DNA from: Candidatus Woesearchaeota archaeon
GTDB lineage: Archaea; Nanobdellota; Nanobdellia; Woesearchaeales; JAGVYU01
Direction: 5' to 3'
NCBI GenBank assembly: GCA_018303105.1
Contig: JAGVYU010000061.1
Span: 3,109-67,108 of the forward strand
DNA length: 64,000 nucleotides
Below, one piece after another: positions 36,226 through 45,983 of the stretch. The notes under the pieces were generated by a model, which was given only the letters and a program-made list of their open reading frames with translations, was not told the DNA's origin and did no database searches. Made by a program: the position numbers and the translations under genes. Numbering within the stretch: the first letter of the stretch is position 1; each line of letters begins with the position of its first letter.

Positions 36226-37929
36226 ATGAAGATCTCGCCCATATTCACATTTGGAATAGTTGTCTTTCTTGCCGCGGTGCTTATGTATGTCAACACGATC
36301 CCAAATGAGTTTGCATGGGATGACCGCGACTTTATTTTTGAGAATCCGCAGATTACGTCGCTCTCAAATGTCCCCAGCTTCTACGTTACAGAGTCAAGCC
36401 ATGGGCTTTGGAGGCCACTGCGCGAAACGGTATACGCATTGACGTATGCTATATGGAAATTGAATCCTGTTGGTTATCATATAAATGGCATTGTGTTACA
36501 TGCGTTCATTTCTTTGTTATGTTACGGTATTACGCTAAGACTTTCCAAAAAACCTATGCTTGCATTATTTACTGGGTTATTGTTTGCAGTGCATCCCCTC
36601 CACACAGACAGAGTCACGAACATGACCGCGGGATTTGACCTCTGGGGGATATTGTTTATGCTCCTTGCATTCTATGTGTTCATTAGATATCGCGAGTCTG
36701 CAAAAATTTCGTTGTATGGAGCAAGCCTCATCATGCTCATACTTGCGTTGTTGGCGTCGGAGGAAGCAGTCGTGTTCGTTCTTCTGCTGCTGCTCTTTGA
36801 TTTTGTGTATACGTATGGTTGGAGCCTCAGAAAAACTGTTGCATCATGGAGATCATATGTCCCGTTCATCCTTATCACGCTGCTCTTTGTTTTTGCGCAC
36901 ATCATGATCGTGGGCAGAGTCGGACGCGCATCACATTATTTTTACAATAGCTTTTTAGCCACACAACTCACGAGCATTAAAGCGCTGGCACTCTATGTTG
37001 GATATTTCTTTCTCCCATTCAAGCTGACGATCCACCATGAACTCGCGGCTACCACGTCATTGCTCAGCATTCCACTGCTCATCTCCACCATTGTGCTGCT
37101 CGCGCTCTTCGTTCTCGTATGGGCATCGTATAAGAAAAACAAAATTATCTTTTTCTCGATCGCGTGGTTTTTCATCACGATGCTCCTGTTCATGAACTTC
37201 CTGCCTAAGCCAACGATCTTTGCTGAACGGTATGCGTATCTCGCGTCATTCGGGTTTTGCCTGGCGGTTGCCTATGGATTACATCAACTAACTTCACAGA
37301 AGAAGTCTAAGTTCCTGGGATTTGCGCTCATTCTTTTGATCGTCATTGCGTTCAGTGCCCGTACGTATGCGCGAAACATGGACTGGCGTGACGAGGAAAC
37401 ACTGCTCGTGAAAACGCTCGAAACCTCCCCACTCAGCACGAGCGCGCACTCCGACATTGGGGAATTCTACAAACGCGCAGGAGATTTTGAAAAAGCGGAG
37501 GAGCATTTGCTTAGAGCCGCAGAATTGTCACGGAATAATTTCCGGGCGCGGGATGAGTTAGGAACACTCTACGCCGAGCAGCAGCGCTATGACCTCGCGG
37601 AACAATACCTTATAGAAGCTATTGATGCCTACCAAGAGGACGATCGCGGGTATTACAAAGGGTACAACGACCTCGGAGTGCTCTATCTGCGCTGGGGAAA
37701 GATTGATGAGGCCATATTCACCCTGAAAAAAGCCATTGCAATTCGGCCAGATTTCGCAAAAGCACATCATGACATGGGGCTCGCATACGCGCAGAACGGA
37801 TTACTCGAGGAAGCGGAGCAGGAAATGCGAACCGCGATCGCGATTAATCCTTATGAACCCATGTATCAAAACAATTTGCGTATCCTTCTAGAAAAACGTA
37901 AAAGCTTAAATACGGAAGAATCGCCGTGA
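36226..37929 (+). CDS. TMTC-like GT-C membrane glycosyltransferase with C-terminal TPR repeats
   Basis: It has about 11 TM segments and a first-loop acidic motif NEFAWDDRDFIFEN (DD/DE as in PMT/TMTC GT-C enzymes), then at least 6 TPR units. The start is taken at MKISPIF, not the upstream GTG. Confidence 0.65.
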   Translation: MKISPIFTFGIVVFLAAVLMYVNTIPNEFAWDDRDFIFENPQITSLSNVPSFYVTESSHGLWRPLRETVYALTYAIWKLNPVGYHINGIVLHAFISLLCYGITLRLSKKPMLALFTGLLFAVHPLHTDRVTNMTAGFDLWGILFMLLAFYVFIRYRESAKISLYGASLIMLILALLASEEAVVFVLLLLLFDFVYTYGWSLRKTVASWRSYVPFILITLLFVFAHIMIVGRVGRASHYFYNSFLATQLTSIKALALYVGYFFLPFKLTIHHELAATTSLLSIPLLISTIVLLALFVLVWASYKKNKIIFFSIAWFFITMLLFMNFLPKPTIFAERYAYLASFGFCLAVAYGLHQLTSQKKSKFLGFALILLIVIAFSARTYARNMDWRDEETLLVKTLETSPLSTSAHSDIGEFYKRAGDFEKAEEHLLRAAELSRNNFRARDELGTLYAEQQRYDLAEQYLIEAIDAYQEDDRGYYKGYNDLGVLYLRWGKIDEAIFTLKKAIAIRPDFAKAHHDMGLAYAQNGLLEEAEQEMRTAIAINPYEPMYQNNLRILLEKRKSLNTEESP

Positions 37930-37933
37930 ATGC

Positions 37934-39610
37934 ATGAAAAAGCACATTCTGTCCATCATTCTCATCCTCGTCCTAACGCTCATCGCGTACGGGAATATTT
38001 TTTCGAACGAATTCGTTTGGGATGATCGGATTTATCTTGAGGAGAATCTTGTCATAAGGTCTTTAGCGAACACGCCCACCTTTTTTGTAACTCCTACACA
38101 CGGGAATCTCTACAGACCACTGCGCAGTGTCCTGCAGGCGTTCGTTTTTTCCATATGGGAGTTTGATGTGTTCGGATACCACCTTAATGCGTTGCTTTTA
38201 CACATGATAGCGAGCGTTCTCGTTTACGTTATTGTGCTCAAGCTATTTCAAAAAAGAAAACTGGCGCTCTTCACCGGAATTTTATTCGCCGTGCATCCTA
38301 TCCACACAGACAGAGTCACAAATATGACTGCGGGATTTGATCTGCTTGGAATTGTACTCATGCTTGCCGCGTTTCTCGCATATCTTCTCTATAAGGAATC
38401 CCGAAAGAAGATTCCACTAGTAATCAGCATTGTGTTATTCGTTCTCGGGCTTTTCTCAAGCGAGGAGGCGTTCATGCTGCCATTCCTCATCTTGCTCTAT
38501 GAGTTAGCGTTTGCGAAAACAACGCTCATGGAAAGAGCCCGTGAACTTGCCAAGCATAAGGCGCTCTATGTGTTTCCCGCGCTTCTTGTTCTTTACTTGA
38601 TCATTCGCATCGCCGTCACAGGAAGTCTTGGACGTGCTGCCCAATATCCTGCCGGAACATTCTCAGCAACGATAGTCATCACGATCAAAATCCTCGCTCA
38701 TTACCTCGGCCTGCTCATCCTTCCCATCAATCTGTCGCTTCAGCGCGTAGTTCCCGTGGCAACATCGCTCTTTGATCCTCTTGTGTTTATCTCTCTCCTA
38801 CTACTTCTTGCATTGATTGCTGTCGCATTTTGGTCGCGAACGCGACGGCCCATCATCTTCTTCGCGATCGGATGGTTTTTTCTCACGCTAGTCCCCTTCA
38901 TGAATATCCTCCCAAACTTCTCGCTCATGGAAGAACGGTATACATACGTTGCAAGCATCGGTTTTTGTTTGCTTATCGCATACGCATTCACGCTTGCATA
39001 TCAAAAAAAGGAGTGGAAAATCCCTACGCTTGTCGTTTTCGCATTGGTTTTGATCCTCTACACGGTGGGAACGATGCAGCGTAACGCGGAATGGAGAGAC
39101 GACATCACGCTCTGGGAACGCACGGTAATCACCTCGCCGAACAGCGCACGGGCTTGGGACAACCTTGGGCAGAGTTACGAAGCACTCGGCAGGTTTGATG
39201 ACGCGCTTGAGGCGATTGATACGTCGTTAACAATAGACGAGAATAACGCATTCGCGCATAACAACCTTGGCATTGTATTTGCAGAAAAAGGCCTCTATAA
39301 TTATTCCATCGCTGAGTTTCTCATCGCTATTGAGCTTGAGCCTAATTACGCTCGGGCGTATGACCATCTGGGGCTTGCATATCTGCGATTGAATGATACG
39401 GACAAGGCCATAGCGGCATTCGCAACCGCGATCCAACTTGAACCGGGACTTTACAAAGCATACAATGACCTGGGAACAGCATTAGTGTATACAGGAGAAA
39501 TGGACCGCGCTGAACTCGCGTTTCAGCAAGCGCTCAAAATCAACCCGCGCTATGAAGCAGCGCAGAAGAACCTGGAATCATTGCAGCGTCTGAAGGCGAA
39601 GACGCAATGA
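37934..39610 (+). CDS. TMTC-like GT-C membrane glycosyltransferase with C-terminal TPR repeats (tandem paralogue)
   Basis: Same architecture as the upstream gene. It carries NEFVWDDRIYLEEN, HPIHTDRVTNMTAGFDLLG (compare HPLHTDRVTNMTAGFDLWG in the upstream copy), and TPRs at the C-terminus. Confidence 0.65.
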   Translation: MKKHILSIILILVLTLIAYGNIFSNEFVWDDRIYLEENLVIRSLANTPTFFVTPTHGNLYRPLRSVLQAFVFSIWEFDVFGYHLNALLLHMIASVLVYVIVLKLFQKRKLALFTGILFAVHPIHTDRVTNMTAGFDLLGIVLMLAAFLAYLLYKESRKKIPLVISIVLFVLGLFSSEEAFMLPFLILLYELAFAKTTLMERARELAKHKALYVFPALLVLYLIIRIAVTGSLGRAAQYPAGTFSATIVITIKILAHYLGLLILPINLSLQRVVPVATSLFDPLVFISLLLLLALIAVAFWSRTRRPIIFFAIGWFFLTLVPFMNILPNFSLMEERYTYVASIGFCLLIAYAFTLAYQKKEWKIPTLVVFALVLILYTVGTMQRNAEWRDDITLWERTVITSPNSARAWDNLGQSYEALGRFDDALEAIDTSLTIDENNAFAHNNLGIVFAEKGLYNYSIAEFLIAIELEPNYARAYDHLGLAYLRLNDTDKAIAAFATAIQLEPGLYKAYNDLGTALVYTGEMDRAELAFQQALKINPRYEAAQKNLESLQRLKAKTQ

Positions 39611-39999
39611 GAGAAAGAATTTCTGCCATCATCATCAAAGACAAAAAGATCCTCCTCGTCACAGGATATGATGAATCCTTTTATTGGACGCCGGGAGGGA
39701 AAGTGGAACCAGGAGAATCGCACCAAGAGGCGATGAAGAGGGAACTTAAAGAGGAGATATCCGTCAAACTCGTTGAGATGCGCCCATATTGTGCGTACAA
39801 GGCAACGAACGAGACAACCGGACAACCTCAAAAAGTTCACTGTTATCTTGTTGAGATTAAAGGAACTCCTTCCCAAAAAGCGGAGCTGACAAAAAGCATG
39901 TGGTGTTCATCTCAGGATATTTTGACTGGAAAGACCAAAGTATCCAAAAGGATATCTTCTCAACTCTTGCCAAGACTAATGAAGGATAAAATTCTTTGA
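39607..39999 (+). CDS. NUDIX hydrolase
   Basis: The Nudix box is GGKVEPGESHQEAMKRELKEEISV (Gx5Ex7REUxEExGU). Confidence 0.8.
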   Translation: MRERISAIIIKDKKILLVTGYDESFYWTPGGKVEPGESHQEAMKRELKEEISVKLVEMRPYCAYKATNETTGQPQKVHCYLVEIKGTPSQKAELTKSMWCSSQDILTGKTKVSKRISSQLLPRLMKDKIL

Positions 40000-40050
40000 G
40001 ATGCTTCTAAGAAATGTTTATAAGGGCTGTGCAATTTATGATTTTAGTAA

Positions 40051-40134
40051 GCGGGGATGCCGGAGAGGTCAAACGGGCTACGTTCAGGGCGTAGTAGCTT
40101 AGTGCTTACGGGGGTTCGAATCCTCCTCCCCGCA
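40051..40134 (+). tRNA. tRNA-Leu (anticodon CAG), class II with long variable arm, no encoded CCA
   Basis: The acceptor stem pairs GCGGGGA with TCCCCGC. The D arm is CCG/CGG around an 11-nt loop. The anticodon stem is CTACG/CGTAG with loop TTCAGGG, giving CAG with G37. The variable arm has an AGC/GCT stem. The T arm is GGGGG-TTCGAAT-CCTCC. The discriminator is A. Confidence 0.75.
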
Positions 40135-40258
40135 GCCTTTTTACAAAAAAGTCTGGCCAAAAAGAAGGGAGTTGAACTCACGTTCAAGCTCCCTAAGTTT
40201 AATTCGTGGGCTCGAGCGGTAGCGAGACCCACAGACGCCAGCGGGCTTCCGCTGGTGG

Positions 40259-40275
40259 GAATCCTCCTCCCCGCA
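40259..40275 (+). repeat. Direct repeat of the tRNA-Leu 3' end (GAATCCTCCTCCCCGCA; other copy at 40118-40134)
   Basis: An exact 17-nt repeat. The 3' flank is similar in both copies (A-rich linker plus hairpin), but the 5' side has no acceptor or T-arm partner, so the second copy is not a functional tRNA. Confidence 0.5.
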
Positions 40276-40359
40276 ATCCTTTTAAAAAAAGGCTTGACCG
40301 AAAAAAGAGGGTTGCTCTCACGAGCAAGCCCTCTGAGTGTTTTTTGAGGGCTTGAGGTG

Positions 40360-41121
40360 TTATTTACTTACTTTTTTGGCGATCACAAGAAAGCGTTCAT
40401 CCGTAAACGCTAGGAGCTCACCTTGATCTAGACGAGTTTGGAGGTTGTACAGTACTGACTTATATTTGTCTACTGTAAATCCAGGCACAATCCACGGGAT
40501 CGCCTTGAGAAAATACACGATTGCGCCAACATCATGGAAGACCCGTTTGCCGGACCATTCCTCCGACTTCACAATGGTGAGACCATCTGAAGTCAGATTT
40601 TTCTGAACTTTCGCTGCTCCCCAGTCCGATTTTTTCTTAACTCTGAAGAGTGAAATCAAATCATGGAGGTTTTTACCTCCGACTTGCTGCGTACAAAAGA
40701 CTCCGTTAGGCTTTAGGAGACGCCTTATTTCGACAGCGTTAAAGGTGCCATGTCTGTTCAGAATGACATCAAAATACCCCTCTGGAAATGAAAGAGGGGC
40801 GTCCCCCATACAATGAATAACGTGTATGCCGAGCGGTGAAAGCCTTCTCTTTGCCAATTCATAATTTGGTGCGTATCCCTCTGTCGCATACATTTTCGTT
40901 GGAAGCGGCTTGAGAGAGCTGAGAAATTCGCCTCCCCCCGTTTCCAAATCAATTGCTGACTCAGCATTTGCCAAATACTCGCGCACAATATCGGTGTAAT
41001 CCCAAGGAGGTGATTCAGATGCCATTCGGTTCCGAATGTAAGAAAAATCCCAACCGTGCATAGGTGCAGATTCATCATGCCTCCACCGCTCAAGCAAAAT
41101 TTCAGCACTGTTTTTCTTCAT
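40360..41121 (-). CDS. Class I SAM-dependent methyltransferase
   Basis: It has a glycine-rich motif I region (IDLETGGGEFL) and size and fold-level features of a Methyltransf_11/23-type enzyme. Confidence 0.55.
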   Translation of the reverse strand: MKKNSAEILLERWRHDESAPMHGWDFSYIRNRMASESPPWDYTDIVREYLANAESAIDLETGGGEFLSSLKPLPTKMYATEGYAPNYELAKRRLSPLGIHVIHCMGDAPLSFPEGYFDVILNRHGTFNAVEIRRLLKPNGVFCTQQVGGKNLHDLISLFRVKKKSDWGAAKVQKNLTSDGLTIVKSEEWSGKRVFHDVGAIVYFLKAIPWIVPGFTVDKYKSVLYNLQTRLDQGELLAFTDERFLVIAKKVSK

Positions 41122-41837
41122 TTACCGTATCTCCCCATCACATCATTCCACCGTATCCTCAAAAGATCAAGCATCATCTTCATGGGATCTCTTAAAATTC
41201 GCACTTTAGAGTTCGGATCATTTCTCCATGACACCGGAACCTCTTTGATGGAATAGCCATGTTTTTGTGCAAGGTAGAGTAATTCGACGTCAAACGCCCA
41301 GCCATGCAAACGCTGCTGTTTGACAAGCTTCTTTGCAATAGCTGTTTTGAACAGTTTAAATCCGCATTGAGTATCCTGTATTCCCTTTACTCCCAGCATG
41401 CGAACGAGTAATGGGAAGAGTTTTCCCATTGAGCTTCTCAGGAAAGGTTGCGGCTTCGTGATTTTCGATTCTGGAAGGTTCCTTGAGCCGACCACAATAT
41501 CATATTTAAGATACTGGGAAAACACATCAAGGGTATGTATGGGTGTGGAATGGTCCGCGTCGCAGAACAGTACGTGAGGCATTTTTGCAGCAAGAATTCC
41601 TTTTTTTACTGCGCTGCCTTTACCCTCATTACTGCTTCCACGAATGACTCGTATAGGTGCCTTGCTTTGGGTTGCGGCGTTACGAGCAACAGACGCCGTG
41701 CTATCCGCGCTTCCGTCATCAACTACAATTATCTCGTAAACGATATTTCGCTTCCTGCAGTATGCTATGATATCTGTCAATGTCTTTCGAATTCGTTTCT
41801 CTTCATTATATGCGGGAATAACGATTGAAAGCCTCAC
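41118..41837 (-). CDS. Family 2 glycosyltransferase (dolichyl-phosphate sugar synthase-like)
   Basis: MRLSIVIPAYNEE...IIVVDDGSADST is the GT-A DxD-type N-terminus, and a conserved QCGFK-type block follows. It overlaps the upstream MTase gene by 4 nt. Confidence 0.8.
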   Translation of the reverse strand: MRLSIVIPAYNEEKRIRKTLTDIIAYCRKRNIVYEIIVVDDGSADSTASVARNAATQSKAPIRVIRGSSNEGKGSAVKKGILAAKMPHVLFCDADHSTPIHTLDVFSQYLKYDIVVGSRNLPESKITKPQPFLRSSMGKLFPLLVRMLGVKGIQDTQCGFKLFKTAIAKKLVKQQRLHGWAFDVELLYLAQKHGYSIKEVPVSWRNDPNSKVRILRDPMKMMLDLLRIRWNDVMGRYGK

Positions 41838-42285
41838 ACAGTAACTAAAAGTTAGGTTATATAAATATTATATGAAGCGATTTACTAATTACTAGTAAGA
41901 ATTGCTGGGTATCGAATATAATCCGAAACATTTTATACTCTAAAGGGATCCTTATAAAAGGAAGAGCAAAATAAGCGCGGTTCCCGCAAGAAAAGGGGGG
42001 TCTTGGTCAAACACCATCAAAAAGTAACAACGGTCTATAAACTGCCTTTCTGGCATTAATAGCGATCAAGGTTGCCTTGTACTGCATAAAAAAGCCATTT
42101 TTTGCGAAATGTTTATAAGCCAGTTTTTTCTCTATGCCTAAATAGCCAGTTAGAACTATCAAATATAGGTTCTCCAATGGGTATATTGGAGTGTCTAGAG
42201 TACGCAGAAAGGCTTAAATACGAAAAACCTTTCACTGGCATAAAACTCAATGAGAGGGGTGTAACAATCACCCAACCACAAGGAG

Positions 42286-44910
42286 GTGTGTAGATTGAGA
42301 CTAAGTAAAGCGATTAAGAAGGTCGCTGCAGTCGGCATTGGTGCATCAATGATCGGCGCTACACTATTCGGTGCAGCAGCAGCAAACCTAAGCGAGTATC
42401 CGTCGCCGTTCGTCATGGACGGTAAGTTTAACGGCATTCTCGTTGTAGGAACTGGAGGAACGGATGCGGCCGGACTCGCAGCCGATATTATCGGCGTGAC
42501 CGACATCATCAGCAGCCTGCAGTTCGCAAGCACGACACCTGGAACCGGTGCGAAGAAATCAGTAACGGTACAGGGAGACTCGTGGAAAGTAGGAACCGCA
42601 ACGAAGAAGCTTGAGATAAGCAACGAATGGACGAACAGTTCTGGAAGCCGAGAAAACTTCAAGAGCCAAATTGATTTCATCGATGATGGTGATTTGGACG
42701 CATTGAAGTCGGGAAGTGTTGACAACACGAAAGGAAACGCGCAGTACAACCAATACTTGCGATTCCGCAACTCAACAACCGGCGGCGCGAAAGACACAGG
42801 ATATGTCGTGTACAAGGAAGATAGCGACAACAATGTCGGAGACTTCCTCTTCTTTAAGAGCGGCCAAGAAATAGCGCAATATGAGATGGAGTTTACGTCT
42901 TCATTTGACTCAGACGTTGAAGATTCCGGTGGAGCAGTTACTTCAACGGGAACGTATCTGTCTGATTACGAAGATGAGACGATCACCCTCTTGGGCAAGG
43001 AGTACACAATCGTGAAAGCACGAGTACCTACCGCTGGAGCTTGGCATGGCATGGAGCTCACGTTGATGGGTGGAGCCGTAAAGGACATCCTCCAGGAAGG
43101 CGAGACAAAGACGTATACTATCGCTGGCAAGCCGTACGAGGTTACTGTTGACGCGATCACGGACCAAGGCACAATCATTGCCAAGTTCACCGTGAACGGC
43201 GAGTCGACAAAATCCATTTCGGATGGTGACTCGGACAAACTTGCAGACGGAACAGAGATTGGCGTAACCGATCTTATTCCGAACGAGGCAGGAGACGTCA
43301 CGCAGGATCTCGTTGAGTTCTTCATCGGAGCCCAAAAGGTCGTGTTGAAGGATACAAACATCAGCGTTGTTGGAACAGGAGACACCGCGATCAAGGTGAA
43401 TGATGAAAGCATTGATGGATCTCTTGTAACCATTAAGGGTACACCAACAGCAACTGAGAGCCAGGTCAACAACATCCTCGTGAACATGGATGCTGATGAT
43501 GACTACTATGTCCCTGCAGGCAAGAAACTCAGTGAAGTCATTGCAGCAGAGGGTGATGAGAAAGAAGTTCTCTTCACGAACAACTGGGACATCGAGTACC
43601 TTGGCTTAGAGGAAGCAGAGGCAGAAGAGATCAGCATCAAGACGAGCGGCAAAGACAAGTATAGGCTCAGCTTTATGGACTGGGGCGGAAATCTTGTCCA
43701 AGCACCATTAGCGTACGCATCCGCAGCAAGTGTCCTGAAGATGGGAGACGATGATGACGACTTTATCATCAACGAAAGCCGAAACGTCAGCAAAGATGAC
43801 TACTTCATCATAACGGACGCGACGAAAGATGCTGGAGAGCGACCAACGTACCTGCTGCGCTACAAGGGAGCTGACAAGTCAACGGACGAAAACCCGAAGT
43901 TTAAAATCGAGAACGTCGGTTCAAAAGAGACTCTAGAAAAGACGTACACAGCAGCTGGCGGATCAGCTACGGCTACCTTCAATATTGGAGGAGGCTCATA
44001 TAAGGTTGAGAACCACGAAGCCATTACAAGCAACGACTTCTCAATCAAGGTCGACCTTGATGGAGACGGAACCATTAACGAGTCGAACGCGGTCTCAATA
44101 ACCACACGTGCAGGTGCCCAAATAGCGATAGCGGGCAACCAGACAGGTGGAGCCGCGACAATTGATCTTGCCGATAAGCTAACGGTAACGATCAGCACAC
44201 CTGATTCGGACGACTACGAGGACCTGACACCAGCAAACATCCAATACAACATCTCAGCAACGTCTGATACAGAAGTTGACCTGACAAAGTTGGATGTCTA
44301 TAGCCTTGTGACACCAGACGACGAGGACAACGTGCAGTACGGATACAACTCACTTGGTGCGTTCATTAAATACACAAACCCATCAAGCGACCCCGATGAG
44401 CTCATCATCGACTATCCAGAAGCGCAGAGACTGCCTCAGGTGTACATCACCTCGGGAGCATCCTCGAGTTCAGGTGGCGTAGGAGCGGGCTCTGAAAACG
44501 TCAACATCAATAAGATTGAAGTTGGCGCTGCAAAGCTCGACAAGGACGTCAGCTCAGCGGATCTCGCGGCGAACAACGTGCTATCCATCGGTGGATCTTG
44601 CGTCAACGCTATCAGCGCAGAGATCATGGGTCTTGAAGCAGGAACCTGTGGCGCGGCCTCAGGAATCCCGCAAAACAAGGCTTTGATCAAGCTGTTCGAG
44701 AACGGTGAGAAGGTTTCCATGGTCATCGCAGGTTGGACTGCTGAAGACACACAGAGAGCATCGAGAGTCCTTGCAAATTACGAGGACTATGCACTCAGTG
44801 GCATGGAAGTCGAAGTGACTGGAACGAGCTTGTCTGACATCTCCGTAGGAGCACCTTCCCCAGTGATGGAAGAAGAAGAAGCCCCTGCTGAAGACGAAGC
44901 AGCTGAATAA
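42286..44910 (+). CDS. S-layer protein of the Methanococcales/Thermococcales type (S_layer_N plus S_layer_C)
   Basis: A signal peptide is followed by ILVVGTGGTDAAGLAADIIGVTDIISSL, the S_layer_N hallmark. The C-terminus carries ALIKLFENGEKVSMVIAGWTAEDTQRASRVLANYEDY, the S_layer_C hallmark, and an acidic tail. A GGAGGTG Shine-Dalgarno-like element lies 5 nt upstream. The start may instead be the TTG at 42295. Confidence 0.8.
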   Translation: MCRLRLSKAIKKVAAVGIGASMIGATLFGAAAANLSEYPSPFVMDGKFNGILVVGTGGTDAAGLAADIIGVTDIISSLQFASTTPGTGAKKSVTVQGDSWKVGTATKKLEISNEWTNSSGSRENFKSQIDFIDDGDLDALKSGSVDNTKGNAQYNQYLRFRNSTTGGAKDTGYVVYKEDSDNNVGDFLFFKSGQEIAQYEMEFTSSFDSDVEDSGGAVTSTGTYLSDYEDETITLLGKEYTIVKARVPTAGAWHGMELTLMGGAVKDILQEGETKTYTIAGKPYEVTVDAITDQGTIIAKFTVNGESTKSISDGDSDKLADGTEIGVTDLIPNEAGDVTQDLVEFFIGAQKVVLKDTNISVVGTGDTAIKVNDESIDGSLVTIKGTPTATESQVNNILVNMDADDDYYVPAGKKLSEVIAAEGDEKEVLFTNNWDIEYLGLEEAEAEEISIKTSGKDKYRLSFMDWGGNLVQAPLAYASAASVLKMGDDDDDFIINESRNVSKDDYFIITDATKDAGERPTYLLRYKGADKSTDENPKFKIENVGSKETLEKTYTAAGGSATATFNIGGGSYKVENHEAITSNDFSIKVDLDGDGTINESNAVSITTRAGAQIAIAGNQTGGAATIDLADKLTVTISTPDSDDYEDLTPANIQYNISATSDTEVDLTKLDVYSLVTPDDEDNVQYGYNSLGAFIKYTNPSSDPDELIIDYPEAQRLPQVYITSGASSSSGGVGAGSENVNINKIEVGAAKLDKDVSSADLAANNVLSIGGSCVNAISAEIMGLEAGTCGAASGIPQNKALIKLFENGEKVSMVIAGWTAEDTQRASRVLANYEDYALSGMEVEVTGTSLSDISVGAPSPVMEEEEAPAEDEAAE

Positions 44911-44950
44911 GGCTAACGCCTTTTTTTCTTTTTATTTTTTTTATTTAACT
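44911..44950 (+). terminator. Oligo-T transcription terminator after the S-layer gene
   Basis: The sequence is gcctttttttctttttattttttttattt. Consecutive T runs are the usual archaeal intrinsic termination signal. Confidence 0.5.
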
Positions 44951-45242
44951 TTGATGCGAATTCTGGGAGATTGATTGGGAGTAAAGTATCCAAATAAGGC
45001 CCTTTGCGAACTCCATGCAATCCCTGTCTTTGCGAGCCAGCCATGGCGGCGGCGAGGGAGGGGATGGTTGCCGAGCGAAGCGAGCGCAACTAGGAAAATC
45101 CATGATTTTCCGTGCTCCATACGGGAATCCCGAGCAGGGCATTTTGTGCAGCAAAATGACCGTCGCCCGCCATGATTGGCTGGCTCATCCTAAATACCTG
45201 CCGCCTGACTGTGATTTTATCAACAACATTTAAATAGAAAAC

Positions 45243-45983
45243 GTGCTCAAAACCCCTAAAAAGGAGGTTTCTCATATGAAAACAGGACTATGGATACTGT
45301 GTGTACTTACATTGTTTATTGTGGCATGCGCGCCAACACCGCCTGAAGCGCCGCCCGCTCCAGAACCCGCGGCTCCACAGGAACAGGTTACAGAGCCTGT
45401 AACACCCGCCCCGGAACCTACTAAGGAGATCGACTCCCCAACACGGGAATTCCTTGCCAAACATGATAAAGTGACGAGTTATAGCTACGGATTCGGCGAG
45501 CTCAACCAGCGTGACAAGATTAACGTAAAAGGTGACTTCATACGCATTGATCTCAGCGAGCGCAGAGGCAAGAATGATGAGGAGCGCTATGATGTTGTTT
45601 TCCTCGACGTGAAGGCGAAAACAGCGAAGGGAACGTGCGAAGCGAGCATCTGTGAGCCGAATTATTACAAAACGTATGTCGAGGCCGTCTATGGAGCGCA
45701 TGACCTAGAAAAGCTGCCATTGGATTACTTGGGAGATATCGCATATGCGGAGCTGGGCAAGAACACGCAGCTTCTTGAGAATAGAAAAACACAGGAAGTC
45801 CTTGTCGAGATGAAGGATGGCAGCACAGGAACGATGTGGCTGGACGAGTTTTATGGCTTCCCGTTCCAGATCGAGCTGACAAAAAACGACAAGAAAACAA
45901 CGATAACGTTCTATGATGTAGCCATAAACAGCCTCAACGACGATGACGTGAAGGTGCCTTCAAGCTTTACGCTGCGCCAATGA
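45243..45983 (+). CDS. Secreted lipoprotein, hypothetical
   Basis: The signal peptide ends in the lipobox LFIVAC, and a Pro/Glu-rich linker follows. Confidence 0.5.
   Translation: MLKTPKKEVSHMKTGLWILCVLTLFIVACAPTPPEAPPAPEPAAPQEQVTEPVTPAPEPTKEIDSPTREFLAKHDKVTSYSYGFGELNQRDKINVKGDFIRIDLSERRGKNDEERYDVVFLDVKAKTAKGTCEASICEPNYYKTYVEAVYGAHDLEKLPLDYLGDIAYAELGKNTQLLENRKTQEVLVEMKDGSTGTMWLDEFYGFPFQIELTKNDKKTTITFYDVAINSLNDDDVKVPSSFTLRQ

Noticed and set aside
40201-40276. A second functional tRNA after tRNA-Leu
   Set aside because: There is a D-arm-like hairpin and the identical 3' 17-mer. But no 5' acceptor strand can pair with TCCCCGC, the T arm carries a 4-nt deletion relative to tRNA-Leu (GGTGGGAATCC against GGGGGTTCGAATCC), and no standard anticodon loop is present. 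It was called a decayed duplicate.
42195-44750. Multiple minus-strand ORFs of 60-212 aa inside the S-layer gene (for example 42195..42833, 42966..43487, 43860..44198)
   Set aside because: These are shadow ORFs antisense to a long, well-supported coding sequence. They are rich in Ser/Pro/Val from the complement of an acidic, Thr/Gly-rich gene.
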